A DNA stretch of 64,000 nucleotides. Origin: a virus. Position numbers and translations under genes: made by a program. The notes below the pieces were generated by a model. It made no database searches and was not told the origin of the DNA. It worked only from the letters and a program-made list of their open reading frames with translations. The stretch covers positions 1 through 64,000 of the IMG/VR virus record IMGVR_UViG_3300035689_000004; one strand, 5' to 3'. Below, one piece after another: positions 17,725 to 28,157 of the stretch (its first letter is position 1; every line of letters starts with the position of its first letter).

Positions 17725-19296
17725 TTGGCGGAGCCCATTTTTATGGCCACCCCCGTTAACCCTGCCTACCAACTAGACGCCTTCCAGGAATTTGAGCGGC
17801 ACCTACCGCCCACCTGGTTTCGGCAATTGCACCAGCGACAGGGACCCCTATACCCAGTGGTATGGGCATTGTGTGGCGCGATCGCAGGGGCACGGGAATC
17901 CATCGACTCAGCGCGATCGATGGCAATACCACAAACCTCAGAAGGCTTTTGGCTATCGCTACACCTGCTAGGGCTAGGGCTAAACCGCCGTAGTGCTGAG
18001 AGCGACGCCCAAGCCCGGACCCGCTACCGCTTTGAATTTAGCCAATCTCGCAATACCCGCCAAGGACTCCAGCTATCGCTAACCACCTTCAGCGGACTGC
18101 CGGCGGCCAATATTCGACTAGAAACTAACTTCGCTAGTGGCGAATACGGCCAGCTATCGCTAACGGTCAATACTGCCAGCCATTGGACCACCGTCGAATG
18201 GTGGTGGTTAGCGGACCTATTTACCAAATGGATTGCCAATGGCATCAACAGCAAGGCATCGTTAACCACCCAGGGGTTAAGGACCGTTGCCCTGCCACCC
18301 TGGGATTATTACACCCGCTTCCCGGTGACGACCGACCTGCTAAAGCCATTTTGGCAGCGGCCCGCCTTTGCCAACGAGCTACGGCTTGTCAACTTTACCC
18401 AAATTTTTGAAGAACGCGCCTTTGTTGAACTTGGTAGCTATAGCCTCCCTGCCGCCATCAGCTACGACGCGCCCAACCTTAGCACCGCCTCCTACCTATT
18501 GCCCGTCGATATTACGCCCATCGACCTAGTGCCAATTTCGGTACTATCTAGCGACGTATCGCGCAATGTGCTGGGCTTTATCTGCCAAGCCAATTGGAAT
18601 GATCAAAGCCTACGGATGAGTGAGATATGGCGCAGCCTCACCTATGCCCAGCAGCCTGGCCAGCCATTTTTCTACCTGGGGGACCCTGACACCTGCGATC
18701 GCTTGCTGGTGAACCTACCCGCCCCGCCTACCGTTGCCTTCCCGGGTGACTCGGTTGATCAAATGACCGGCAAGGGGCCATGGCAATTACAACTAGGCAA
18801 TAGCCAAGTGCCGGTGCCACGCATCCAGCAACCCTTTGCCACCCTTGAACCGGTCGCCCAATGGTGGACCGATGCGGACTTGCTCGCGCGATCGCCGACG
18901 CCGCTTGATGACCCCGAGGGCGATCGCTTTTTGATGCTGGAATTTTTGCTACCCAAGACAACGACGGGCGAAACGATCCGGCAGCTAGAGCTATTGCTAG
19001 GCTACGAGGCACCCCAGTATGGAGCAGCTTTGGGGTGGAGTTTGCCAAGCTCACCCGATGAATGGTTGGTGCCAGTGGCAGGCAGTTGGCAATTGGTAGG
19101 CGGCACCGACGCGATCGCGCTCAATACCCAGTTCCCGGTGCAGCAAACAATCCACTTTAGGCAGGTGAACCTACCCATCCCGCCTGATGTAAATATGGGC
19201 TTTCTTGTCCTGGTGCAGTACTCGCTATCAGGCGCCTTCATTAACCTGTGGCTGGACTTTGAAGAGCCGCTACATTCCTTTACCCTATACGCTTAA
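17725..19296 (+). CDS. Baseplate protein (gpI-like N-terminus), extended
   Basis: TSEGFWLSLH...GL.RR..ESD...R.R motif typical of the J-partner protein; start may be ATG 17743. Confidence 0.6.
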   Translation: MAEPIFMATPVNPAYQLDAFQEFERHLPPTWFRQLHQRQGPLYPVVWALCGAIAGARESIDSARSMAIPQTSEGFWLSLHLLGLGLNRRSAESDAQARTRYRFEFSQSRNTRQGLQLSLTTFSGLPAANIRLETNFASGEYGQLSLTVNTASHWTTVEWWWLADLFTKWIANGINSKASLTTQGLRTVALPPWDYYTRFPVTTDLLKPFWQRPAFANELRLVNFTQIFEERAFVELGSYSLPAAISYDAPNLSTASYLLPVDITPIDLVPISVLSSDVSRNVLGFICQANWNDQSLRMSEIWRSLTYAQQPGQPFFYLGDPDTCDRLLVNLPAPPTVAFPGDSVDQMTGKGPWQLQLGNSQVPVPRIQQPFATLEPVAQWWTDADLLARSPTPLDDPEGDRFLMLEFLLPKTTTGETIRQLELLLGYEAPQYGAALGWSLPSSPDEWLVPVAGSWQLVGGTDAIALNTQFPVQQTIHFRQVNLPIPPDVNMGFLVLVQYSLSGAFINLWLDFEEPLHSFTLYA

Positions 19297-19298
19297 CC

Positions 19299-19982
19299 AT
19301 GGCTAATATCCCCGTCCGAGACGGCATCGGCAATACGATCTACTACGAGTCCAGGGCGGCTAATAGCAACCTAGACCCGGCCCCTAGCCCGCAAACCATC
19401 GTGGACCGGCTCGGGATATTGACGGAGACGGCCCCCAACACCGATACCGCTAGCGCTGGCCTCAATGGCAGGCTACAACGCATCGCCCAGCGTATCACCA
19501 CGCTGTTGACAATCCTGCCAACGTCGCTGGGCATCAAGACAAGCGCCAATAGCTTTCCGGTAGTTTTATCCAGCGACCAATTAGCGACGCTCCTGGGCGC
19601 CTTTCCGGCTACTTTGGGGCAAAAGACAAGCGCCAATAGCCTATCGGTGGTGGTGGCTAGCGACCAGCTAAGCCAGCCGGTGACCATGACTGCCATCAAC
19701 CTATCAGCGGTATCAGGGGACCAGACGATCATCTCTCCCACCGCTGGCAAGGCACTGCGGATTTATAACTTGGTGCTCAGCAATGCGACGACGCTAACTA
19801 GCTTTGCCCTTAGGTCCGGCACCTCCGGCCAGGGGCAGGTGAACCTAACCAGCGCGATCGCCGCCTATGACTATGCAGGCGACTTTAGCCCACCGCTGGG
19901 GCTACCGGTAGACCGCAGCTTTGTGATCAACCTACCGTCGAGCGGATCATTGACCGGTTACGTTACCTGGAGGGAAGAATGA
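19299..19982 (+). CDS. Tail/fibre-associated protein
   Basis: Internal repeat LG.KTSANS..VV..SDQ x2; within tail operon. Confidence 0.6.
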   Translation: MANIPVRDGIGNTIYYESRAANSNLDPAPSPQTIVDRLGILTETAPNTDTASAGLNGRLQRIAQRITTLLTILPTSLGIKTSANSFPVVLSSDQLATLLGAFPATLGQKTSANSLSVVVASDQLSQPVTMTAINLSAVSGDQTIISPTAGKALRIYNLVLSNATTLTSFALRSGTSGQGQVNLTSAIAAYDYAGDFSPPLGLPVDRSFVINLPSSGSLTGYVTWREE

Positions 19983-20671
19983 GTTTCATCCGTAGTCAGG
20001 CAGTTAGCGGCGGTGGCTTTAGCTTTAAATACACCTTTAGCGATAGCACCAGCAGCGGGCCATCGGCGGGGCAGGTGCGGCTCAATAATGCCGCCTCCGC
20101 CAGTGCCACTCAAGTCTTTATCAACGAGAGCGATCGCAACACCAAAAACGTAGCGGTCCTGCTCGATCTGATCATCCCTGGCACAGCGTTATTGCTAGTC
20201 AGCGAGGCGGACCCTAGCCGGTACGCTTACTATATTGTCACTGGCAACACCGACAATGGCAGCGATCGGACCCTAGCGGTGACCCATGTGGCCAGCAATG
20301 GCATTTTGACAGGCAACCTAACGGTGTCGTTCTCTGGCGGCGGGGTGCAGGGCATTGGCACCACATCACCGCTGAACAGCATCACGCCATCAGCGGTCAA
20401 TGCCCTCTACCTCCAACGAACCACTAGCCCGTCTGATACCCAGGGAGCCCGGGAAGTGCTTTGGGTGGCCAGTGGCACCGCTAGCAGCAGCTGGGTGGTC
20501 GCTACCGCTAGCACCATCCGCCGCAATAGCACCAGCAACCCTGATGGAACGGTTGTTGCCGACCACCCAAGTCAGTTCCTAGTAAATTTCTCAGTGGACG
20601 TGTACGGCAATTCAACGGCGGCAACCCTCTACGTTTCTGGCACTGGCAGCACGTCATGGTATGCCGTATAG
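19979..20671 (+). CDS. Tail fibre-like protein
   Basis: Ser/Thr/Gly-rich, beta-strand-like; coupled in tail operon. Confidence 0.55.
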   Translation: MSFIRSQAVSGGGFSFKYTFSDSTSSGPSAGQVRLNNAASASATQVFINESDRNTKNVAVLLDLIIPGTALLLVSEADPSRYAYYIVTGNTDNGSDRTLAVTHVASNGILTGNLTVSFSGGGVQGIGTTSPLNSITPSAVNALYLQRTTSPSDTQGAREVLWVASGTASSSWVVATASTIRRNSTSNPDGTVVADHPSQFLVNFSVDVYGNSTAATLYVSGTGSTSWYAV

Positions 20672-21570
20672 CATTCCTACGCCCTCCGTCAGATCGGCGG
20701 GTGGCGGGGCGGCACATCTCCACCCAGGAACTTGTTAGGGGCTTAAAAGCAATTGGCGTCAAGGCGTTCTGCACCAGAAACCTGAAAGCTGAGGCAGACT
20801 ATTACGCCGTTGACTGCCTGGATAACATCAAGTGGCTGCCCAAGGTAGACCCAGCCCGGCGGATTGCCTGGGTGCGGCGGGACGTATACCACCTAACCGA
20901 CCGACCACCTATTGAAGGCATTGGCCACCTATTCGCTAGCAGCCATTTTGTTGCTAGAGCCTGGAAAGATTACCCTGTTACGGTACTGCCGGACCCTGTG
21001 CATATACCATCCTGGATGCGCCCCCACATCCGGCATCGACTACTTTATGTTGGTCGGGTATGTCGTAGCAAGGGCATACCACTGCTACTAAAAGCCTTGA
21101 AATTTCAACACGGGCTAAACCACCTGACGATCGCTGGCCCCATCGTCGAGGACTTCCAGCAAATGGTGAGAAACTACCAGCTTACCTACCACGTCAAATT
21201 CACCGGTAAACTAAGCCATTGGCAAGTCTTACGGCTATACCGCCAATCAAAATGCGTGATCGTACCAAGCCAAGCAGAACCCTTCGGGCGAGCCATGGTT
21301 GAAGCTTGGGCCAATGGATGTACGCCAATCGCGATCGCAGGCAGTGGCGGGCCGGAGGAAATATTAAGGCAAGCTTCGCTCGATAAGCCCCCCTACCTAG
21401 TGGAGCACGACCCTAAGCGCTTGTCAGATGCTATCTCCCGGGTGACCGGCGCCGACTATGATGGCATCTCCCATCGCCTTGACTACGACCATTGCCGCGA
21501 ATTAGCTGCACCCTACGATCGCCGCATTATTGCCCAACGTTTTATGGACCACTTAACCCATGACTCTTAA
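20656..21570 (+). CDS. Glycosyltransferase, GT4-like (GT-B fold)
   Basis: LYVGRV...KG, PSQAEPFGRAMVEAWANG (EX7E motif). Confidence 0.9.
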   Translation: MVCRIAFLRPPSDRRVAGRHISTQELVRGLKAIGVKAFCTRNLKAEADYYAVDCLDNIKWLPKVDPARRIAWVRRDVYHLTDRPPIEGIGHLFASSHFVARAWKDYPVTVLPDPVHIPSWMRPHIRHRLLYVGRVCRSKGIPLLLKALKFQHGLNHLTIAGPIVEDFQQMVRNYQLTYHVKFTGKLSHWQVLRLYRQSKCVIVPSQAEPFGRAMVEAWANGCTPIAIAGSGGPEEILRQASLDKPPYLVEHDPKRLSDAISRVTGADYDGISHRLDYDHCRELAAPYDRRIIAQRFMDHLTHDS

Positions 21571-23740
21571 CGTCCACCGATCGCCTCGGGATTTAGCCAT
21601 CCTTTGGCTGGGGCAACAATCTGACGTCGATACCCGGGTGCCGACCGCTGAGGAGCTAGCGAGCACCGAAGAATTGCTGAGGAGCCATATCGTTGCCCAG
21701 CGACAAGCGCGATCGCCTGCCGGGTTACTCAAGCGTCCTACCTTCACCTGCAATGGCCAGACGGTTTCTATCCCTACCCTCAGCCCATTTAGCCACTACA
21801 ACCCGCCGTTGACGACCATCCCGGCCCAGTCGCTGACGCTACCGCCCCTAACAGCGGGCACCGCCATCAACCGCTATGACTACCTGTACCTAGTGCTACT
21901 GACGGTGCAGGTAGGGGTTAGCCAGGACCCGGACGTAGCGCTATCGTTCCAGTGGCGCAGCAACGACATCCTGCAATCAGTATCGCGGGAAAATACGGTA
22001 AGGCTGCGTAGCGCCTATGGCATTTGGGTATCCCAGGGGGAAATGACCACCGCCCAGATCAAGGCGGCGATCGCGGGCCAGTTGACGGTATCAAAATCTG
22101 CCCCCCTGGTCTACGGCAATAGCCGATTGTTTCTAACCGGCGATGAGACGCTGACCAATAGCATCACCTACCAGGTGAAAGAAGTTGAGGCACTTAGCCT
22201 GCTACGGGTATGGCGACTGCAGGGGGTAGCGATCGACGGCTATCAGTGGCCGAGCTTTGAGTCATTGGAGGCATCCATCCACCTGCAGCCAACCTATACC
22301 TACGTGGGAGAGGGCTGGAATGATTGGAATGCGAGGCTAGAGGAAAGTGTCATTCGCCTGATGCGCGGCGATCCGCTACGCCAAAGCGAAGCACAACGAC
22401 GCTATGTGTTTAACCTTGTCAACGGGCAAGTAGGCGGCAACACGATAGCGCCAGGCGTAGCTACCCTATCGCCCAATGGCGCGTTGATGCTTGCCAATGA
22501 ACAGCGCATTACCTTCACCAACCAAGCAATCACCCAGACGGTTTACGCCGTCCCTGTGGTCACCACCGATGATGGCACCGGCAAAGCGGTAGCGACCGTC
22601 AGTTTTGCTAGCAATGCGCCGGCGGGCTCAAGCTTTGCTAATTCTGGCCATGCCATTGTTGCTAGCGACGGCACGACGCCGACCGGTACCTTCACTGGCG
22701 GCGGTGGCACCGGGGCCCTCACCTGGACAGCTACCAATGCCGGAGCGCCAGCGGTAGGCAATATGCTCTATGTCATCCCAGCGATCGCGTACCCGGCTGG
22801 CAGCGGGCTACCAGTGTGCGGCGACATTGAGCAGGTGTACCTCAATAGCACAGCCCTAGGCGACGTGCGGGAGACTGATATCACCGCCTACACCGAACCC
22901 AGTAGCGGCAACTTTATTGTGGTGATGGCCAAGCGCAATGCCGCCATTCAATGGATCTATCGCAAATTTACGGTTACTGCCTCCAGTAATGGCGTTGTGA
23001 CGATGCCAAATACTGCCCGTGGACTAATCGCCTGGATTAGTGGCCCTGGCGCGCCGACAGGCAGGCAGGACAAGGCAGTCATCACCGGGCTAACCAACAA
23101 TGGCTCTTACTCAGTGCTGTGCTACCACGCGCCACCCGCGGCGGAGCAATGGCAATTCCAGCTACGCTCCCCCGGCTATGCAGGCACCAAAGACTTTAGC
23201 TACCTAAATGGCGCTCGCATTGATGGCGAGGTGCGTTACTGGGCCCATAGCCTAGGCGGAGCGACGACCTTTAACCCGCCCTCTAGACCCCTACCCGATG
23301 GCAATGTGGCCAACCAAGCCATCACCTATCGACTACCCCGCAATACTGACGCGATCGCCGTCCAGGACCATGCCCTTGATGCTGAAATCAATCTGGGCGG
23401 CCTCTACGCTAGGGCAACGCCCTTCCAGGCAATACCAACCATCAGCGGCGAGGGCGGTAGCGCTAGCCTACGGCCAGGGTTAACGATCGCCGCGATCGCT
23501 GGCGTCACCAACTACCCTCAGGTGCTACCGGCCACCCTAACCGGGCTGAGCATCTACAAGCCAGCGCTAGCCAGTAACAAGGCATACCAGTTGGTTGTGG
23601 CCTGTGGGCTGGAGAAGGACGGAGATCGCCGGTTCCTGGTGCTGACCTTCAACCAAGGCACCCCGACAGTTGGCAACCTCCTGCCGGTAACGACTGACAG
23701 CCCGAGCTATGCAGGAATTGACGTTTTTAGGTACTGGTAA
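21560..23740 (+). CDS. Large tail/baseplate structural protein
   Basis: 726 aa, Thr/Gly/Ala-rich, in tail operon. Confidence 0.6.
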   Translation: MTLNVHRSPRDLAILWLGQQSDVDTRVPTAEELASTEELLRSHIVAQRQARSPAGLLKRPTFTCNGQTVSIPTLSPFSHYNPPLTTIPAQSLTLPPLTAGTAINRYDYLYLVLLTVQVGVSQDPDVALSFQWRSNDILQSVSRENTVRLRSAYGIWVSQGEMTTAQIKAAIAGQLTVSKSAPLVYGNSRLFLTGDETLTNSITYQVKEVEALSLLRVWRLQGVAIDGYQWPSFESLEASIHLQPTYTYVGEGWNDWNARLEESVIRLMRGDPLRQSEAQRRYVFNLVNGQVGGNTIAPGVATLSPNGALMLANEQRITFTNQAITQTVYAVPVVTTDDGTGKAVATVSFASNAPAGSSFANSGHAIVASDGTTPTGTFTGGGGTGALTWTATNAGAPAVGNMLYVIPAIAYPAGSGLPVCGDIEQVYLNSTALGDVRETDITAYTEPSSGNFIVVMAKRNAAIQWIYRKFTVTASSNGVVTMPNTARGLIAWISGPGAPTGRQDKAVITGLTNNGSYSVLCYHAPPAAEQWQFQLRSPGYAGTKDFSYLNGARIDGEVRYWAHSLGGATTFNPPSRPLPDGNVANQAITYRLPRNTDAIAVQDHALDAEINLGGLYARATPFQAIPTISGEGGSASLRPGLTIAAIAGVTNYPQVLPATLTGLSIYKPALASNKAYQLVVACGLEKDGDRRFLVLTFNQGTPTVGNLLPVTTDSPSYAGIDVFRYW

Positions 23741-24129
23741 TGACAGCAAGCTACACGATAGAAAACGGGTTCAAAAAGCTCGTCCTTGATGATGGTTCCA
23801 AGGTAGATGTGATCGCGCCCTTGTCCCTTGACGAAGGCCAGTTTGTGAGGCTAATTGCCTCCCAGATGAGTACGATCACCAGCATCAATACGGGGCTGAG
23901 CAACCTCAACACGACACTAGGCGCCAACAATGCCCAGGCAGTATTGAACGCGCCTGACTTGGCGATCGCCTATACCTACTTCGACCAAGGTACTGCCAAC
24001 CAGCGCATCAATACCGCCACCTATACCAGCGCAAGCGTTGGCTATCGGGTTGTTGATACCTACGTCTATGGCGGCACCGTGCCCAACTTCTATGTCGTTA
24101 GTACGAGTCGAGTGACCAATGCCCTTTAA
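23740..24129 (+). CDS. Tail-associated hypothetical protein
   Basis: 129 aa, coupled to neighbours. Confidence 0.6.
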   Translation: MTASYTIENGFKKLVLDDGSKVDVIAPLSLDEGQFVRLIASQMSTITSINTGLSNLNTTLGANNAQAVLNAPDLAIAYTYFDQGTANQRINTATYTSASVGYRVVDTYVYGGTVPNFYVVSTSRVTNAL

Positions 24130-25306
24130 CCTCGGGGATATTCCCCTTATCTACCAAGAGCTAAGGCGTTATTTTGCCTCCCAAAGCCAAGGGGCATTAG
24201 CTGATACCGCCCTACAGGCGGCAGCCATCGGCAATACGGTCCAAGGCTACGACGCCGACCTAGCGGCGATCGCGGCCATCAATAGCAATGGCTTTTTGCA
24301 ACGGACAGGCGTTGGCAGTTGGGGTATTAGCGATCGGGTGCAGCTATTTGGCGGCAATGGTGGCCAGAATGGCACCACCGACTTTGAAGCCACCGCTGAC
24401 ACCACCCTGGACCAAGGCATTTATTTCTATCGCAATTTCACGGTGACTAACTACACCGTGACGATCAACAAATTTGCCCATATTTTTTGCACCGGCAACG
24501 TGTTGATCAACCAAGGGCAATTGTTGGTAACGCCAGCAGCGCCCGGTGGTGTACCTGGCCACTTGGAGTTTTCGGCAGCGGCCTCCGCCGCTTTTGGTGG
24601 TAGGCCAGGGTTTGGTGCAGGCGCCACCCAGGTGGACAATGCGAACCAGCCCAAGTACGGCATCCCAGGTACCGCCTACCCATGGACACTCCACCCCTTT
24701 GGCACCGGTGGCAGCGCTGGTTATATTACCGGCAGTAGTGGTGAAGTACGGGCAGGCAATGGCGGCGACGGTGGCGGTGGGCTTATCATCGAAGCGGTTG
24801 GCTCGATTACGATTGTCCCTGCAGCTGGACTGGCAGGCGAAAGGTCCGCGATCGCGGCAGATGGCACCCCGGGCACCAATGGGTTTATTGGCGTTGGTGC
24901 GGTTGGTTCTGCCTCCGGCGGCGGTGGCGGCAGCGGCGGGCTAGTGCGATTGTCTAGCCTCACGTCAGTTGTCTTCAATGCTGGATCATCAGGTAATTTT
25001 TGTGTCTCCGCTCGGGGTGCCAAGGGCGGCAATGGGGCAGCTAGTGCCGGACGCGATGCCGGTGGTGGCGGTGGCGGTGGTGGTGGCTGGGTGCTGCTGA
25101 CAGCACCGACCATCACCTTCAATGGAGCCGCTAGCGTCCTGCCTGGAGTCGCTGGCACTAGGGTTGGCACCCTTGGCGCTAGCCCTGGCGGTGGCTATGG
25201 TGGCGCCTTCGGTGGCAATGGCGGGCCAAGCAGCGAAACGACTAACCCAAGTATTGACACCGCCCGCATTGGGCGCTATATCACCCGAGCATGGAGGGAG
25301 TTCTAA
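24119..25306 (+). CDS. Glycine-rich tail fibre protein
   Basis: QGALADTALQ..IG.TVQGYDADL.AIA fibre motif; GGGGG repeats. Confidence 0.75.
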   Translation: MPFNLGDIPLIYQELRRYFASQSQGALADTALQAAAIGNTVQGYDADLAAIAAINSNGFLQRTGVGSWGISDRVQLFGGNGGQNGTTDFEATADTTLDQGIYFYRNFTVTNYTVTINKFAHIFCTGNVLINQGQLLVTPAAPGGVPGHLEFSAAASAAFGGRPGFGAGATQVDNANQPKYGIPGTAYPWTLHPFGTGGSAGYITGSSGEVRAGNGGDGGGGLIIEAVGSITIVPAAGLAGERSAIAADGTPGTNGFIGVGAVGSASGGGGGSGGLVRLSSLTSVVFNAGSSGNFCVSARGAKGGNGAASAGRDAGGGGGGGGGWVLLTAPTITFNGAASVLPGVAGTRVGTLGASPGGGYGGAFGGNGGPSSETTNPSIDTARIGRYITRAWREF

Positions 25307-25818
25307 TGCAGCAGTACTACGTCGATAGCAGCACCCATGCAATTACTGGGCTGCACTACGGTGATCCAATAACACCGCCCGATGGTTGGCTATTGCTAGA
25401 AGGGCCGGACGGTAGCCCCGTTGATGTTTACTACGACGGCACCGCCATTCAGTTCAAGCCAGCACGGCTCAGCGATACCGCCTATTGGGACTATGCCACC
25501 AACACTTGGCAGGAGCCGCCCCCGCTGCCACCGCCGCCGGTGGTGCCCAACTGGGGCAATCTAGGCGATCGCTTGGTGTCTGACATCGGTATTCTGGCTA
25601 TCCTATCCGCTAACCCGTTATTCCCTGTCTTGGTGGGCCGCCTGCAAACCTTGCGCAATGGTGGCGCCATGGGTGACCCGGAGCCCTTGATAGCATTCTG
25701 GAACCACCAAGCTTATAGCTTCACTGAGGCACAGCTAAATGCCCTCAACCTAATGGTTGAAGAAGAGCACATCCCGTTAATTATCACGCCGGAGGGAATG
25801 CTAGCGGTTAAGCCTTAA
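25291..25818 (+). CDS. Tail fibre assembly/chaperone-like protein
   Basis: Follows fibre; KP.R......WD..T..W pattern; start may be ATG 25306. Confidence 0.6.
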   Translation: MEGVLMQQYYVDSSTHAITGLHYGDPITPPDGWLLLEGPDGSPVDVYYDGTAIQFKPARLSDTAYWDYATNTWQEPPPLPPPPVVPNWGNLGDRLVSDIGILAILSANPLFPVLVGRLQTLRNGGAMGDPEPLIAFWNHQAYSFTEAQLNALNLMVEEEHIPLIITPEGMLAVKP

Positions 25819-26002
25819 ACGATCGCCAGGTGCCAATTGCACCCCCCGCGATCGCGGCAAGGCCAGCGGCAAGCATAATTACATCCCCAGCGCGGATTTG
25901 CGCTAGTATCACTAAAAAGACCCCATAGCCTAAGCTATGGGGTCTTTGCTTTGACCATTCAAAGGCCGCCTGGATGGCGGCCAGCACTTGCATCAATGTC
26001 AT
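25808..26002 (-). CDS. Small membrane protein
   Basis: 64 aa, two hydrophobic segments; ATGA overlap with upstream gene. Confidence 0.6.
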   Translation of the reverse strand: MTLMQVLAAIQAAFEWSKQRPHSLGYGVFLVILAQIRAGDVIMLAAGLAAIAGGAIGTWRSFKA

Positions 26003-26577
26003 GGCTTGAGGCTATAGTTTCCACTAGAACTGCCTGCCATGGTAGCACCACTACCAGATAGCAGGCGACCGTAGAGGTGAGTGCCATGGAAAAACACCTC
26101 TGGCCCAACCACATTGAGCCAGACGGGGAAAGCACTAATCGCCCACAAGGACGATACCCCAAAGGCCAACATCGACGTGCTCAGGTTGTAGGCATAGGCA
26201 TTAAACCCGCCATAGCCCAACGCCAACACGATCAACACCGTTACCGCCGTCCCCAAGCTACGACTAACGGCGCCATCGCCGCTAATGCGCTTGATCTCCT
26301 CGAAGGCAGTCGGTAAACCTTTGGGGTGAAAGGCGATGCCGGAGATAATTAAACACATCGCATCAGTAGCGAAAGCGCTCCCGTACCTTGCTAGCAGTCC
26401 CTCCATGCCGCCCCGGGCAGCCACCGGAGTAAAGTCAGCAGTCGCCGCCATTCGGGCCACGACGCCGATACCCACAGCGCTGTAGTGGATATTGGCAAGC
26501 ATCAGAAACCCTGCGATCGCTAGGGCGCTGTAGTTGATAGTTTTACTGATTGCTGGGTTACGACCGAGTGAACTCAT
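25999..26577 (-). CDS. Multi-pass membrane protein
   Basis: 192 aa, about 4 hydrophobic segments. Confidence 0.7.
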   Translation of the reverse strand: MSSLGRNPAISKTINYSALAIAGFLMLANIHYSAVGIGVVARMAATADFTPVAARGGMEGLLARYGSAFATDAMCLIISGIAFHPKGLPTAFEEIKRISGDGAVSRSLGTAVTVLIVLALGYGGFNAYAYNLSTSMLAFGVSSLWAISAFPVWLNVVGPEVFFHGTHLYGRLLSGSGATMAGSSSGNYSLKP

Positions 26578-27227
26578 GATTTGACGTCCTTTATCAAAGA
26601 AACAATACGGTTGTACTTTTCAGTCCCCTTGGACTGACCAAACACCACGGTGACGATCTTGTTTTGACTAACCCCTGCCGTTATCGCCCGCTCCACCCAA
26701 ACAGACGCATTAACCAACGCTTTGCGATCGCGATAACTAGTAACTTGAGCAGGCGGTAACGGGACTGGAAAAAAGCATTTGTTTTGCTCTAACCAATCGG
26801 TAAATGACAGCATTTCTGGCTCACCACAACCGGTTGCTCCACCGGTTGTACAACTAGTTGTTACAACCGGTTGTAATGCTGGTTGCACCAGGGTTTCAGG
26901 CGTATGTAGGGGGGTGGGCTCGGGGGCGGTGGCAGGTAGGTCCACGCCTATCCACGGGTCCCTCTCGATCGCTTCTATTTGTTCTTTGGAATATTTATGA
27001 TCTAGCTCATTCCAAAATTGCCTAGTAGCAGTCGCCCGCACTACAGGTGCTTCTACCTCAACCCTAGCGGTAGTCATAGGTGAGCTTGCCAGCCAAGGTG
27101 AACCCTCCCCACCTGTTCTGGCCACCAATTCCATCCGTTCGCGATCGTTCTCCCATTGGGCAAGCTTGGCCGTGCCAATGCCTAGAACAAGGAAAAAGAA
27201 AAAGGCGATCGCATTACCCATACCCAT
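26574..27227 (-). CDS. Membrane-anchored protein with possible C-terminal HTH-like domain
   Basis: N-terminal TM helix; C-terminal G.SQNKIV..VFG.SKG..KY. Confidence 0.65.
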   Translation of the reverse strand: MGMGNAIAFFFFLVLGIGTAKLAQWENDRERMELVARTGGEGSPWLASSPMTTARVEVEAPVVRATATRQFWNELDHKYSKEQIEAIERDPWIGVDLPATAPEPTPLHTPETLVQPALQPVVTTSCTTGGATGCGEPEMLSFTDWLEQNKCFFPVPLPPAQVTSYRDRKALVNASVWVERAITAGVSQNKIVTVVFGQSKGTEKYNRIVSLIKDVKS

Positions 27228-27244
27228 GCACCCTCCAAACCCAA

Positions 27245-27778
27245 TTAACTACCGGCAATCACCGCAATGATGACGCCGAAGAATAACCCAGCAATAATCA
27301 TCACCCCACCGCCTTCACCCGCTGTCTGGCTGACAGTGATATTGGGGTTTACCTCAATGTGGGTAGGCTGCTCGGGCCGTTGGTGCTGGGCCATCATGGC
27401 CGCCAACAACGCATCAGAGCGCTGCTGTTGTTGCGCCATTAGCGCCATCATTTCAGAGACGCCCGTAGACGCCTCTTGGGGGCGTTGCGCCGCCTGGACA
27501 ATAGCCAGGACATCAGCGGCGGTTAAACCGCCTTCCTGGGCCGTAGGAGCGCTGGCGTGATAGTGGTTTTCGGTGTGGTTAATAACAATCACCGGCAACC
27601 CTTCATTGCGGCACAATTGGACGAAGCCTACCGGGTCCTGGCTGATGGCGCTTTCCAAGATAGCTAGGTTGTCAGGGCGCCGCCGTTGGGGCGGCAATGC
27701 CTCCCACGCATGGCGGGCGATCGCCGCCTTTTGCCGTGGATTGGCCAACGTGATCGCTTTAACATCAACGGTTTCCAT
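27245..27778 (-). CDS. Hypothetical protein with C-terminal TM helix
   Basis: 177 aa, GGAGG RBS. Confidence 0.65.
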   Translation of the reverse strand: METVDVKAITLANPRQKAAIARHAWEALPPQRRRPDNLAILESAISQDPVGFVQLCRNEGLPVIVINHTENHYHASAPTAQEGGLTAADVLAIVQAAQRPQEASTGVSEMMALMAQQQQRSDALLAAMMAQHQRPEQPTHIEVNPNITVSQTAGEGGGVMIIAGLFFGVIIAVIAGS

Positions 27779-28085
27779 GCTTACCCTCCTTTTGCTTGCC
27801 GCGAGTCATAACGCCTAAGGCTACTAGGGTTAAACCAGTACCAGCGGCAAGCAGTCCTGGGCTCAAAACCGGTTGGTCCATCAGCCCAGTGTCATGAGTA
27901 TTAGCGCCCTGGGGGACACCTAAAACCTCAGCTTGCTGTGGTTCCTGTCCAGCACAGTAGGTTTGACCGCCTATCTGAACGTGGGTGTCGCAATCACGTA
28001 AGCCGCGCTCGGCAATGTCTGTTGCGGATAAACACTCGCTAAACGAGCCGTTTGTGTATTCAAACTCCGTACACTGATTCTCCAT
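27765..28085 (-). CDS. Small Cys-containing protein with C-terminal TM helix
   Basis: 106 aa, 4 Cys, hydrophobic C-terminus. Confidence 0.6.
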   Translation of the reverse strand: MENQCTEFEYTNGSFSECLSATDIAERGLRDCDTHVQIGGQTYCAGQEPQQAEVLGVPQGANTHDTGLMDQPVLSPGLLAAGTGLTLVALGVMTRGKQKEGKHGNR

Positions 28086-28157
28086 AATTCGGTCTTTTGA
28101 GTGGTGGTTAAGAAAGGCGATCGCATAACGGAGGCGCTACGCGATCGCCCAAAACAG

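Noticed and set aside
8592-25818. Extracellular contractile injection system or tailocin
   Set aside because: Terminase, portal, replication initiator and integrase in the same element indicate a complete phage
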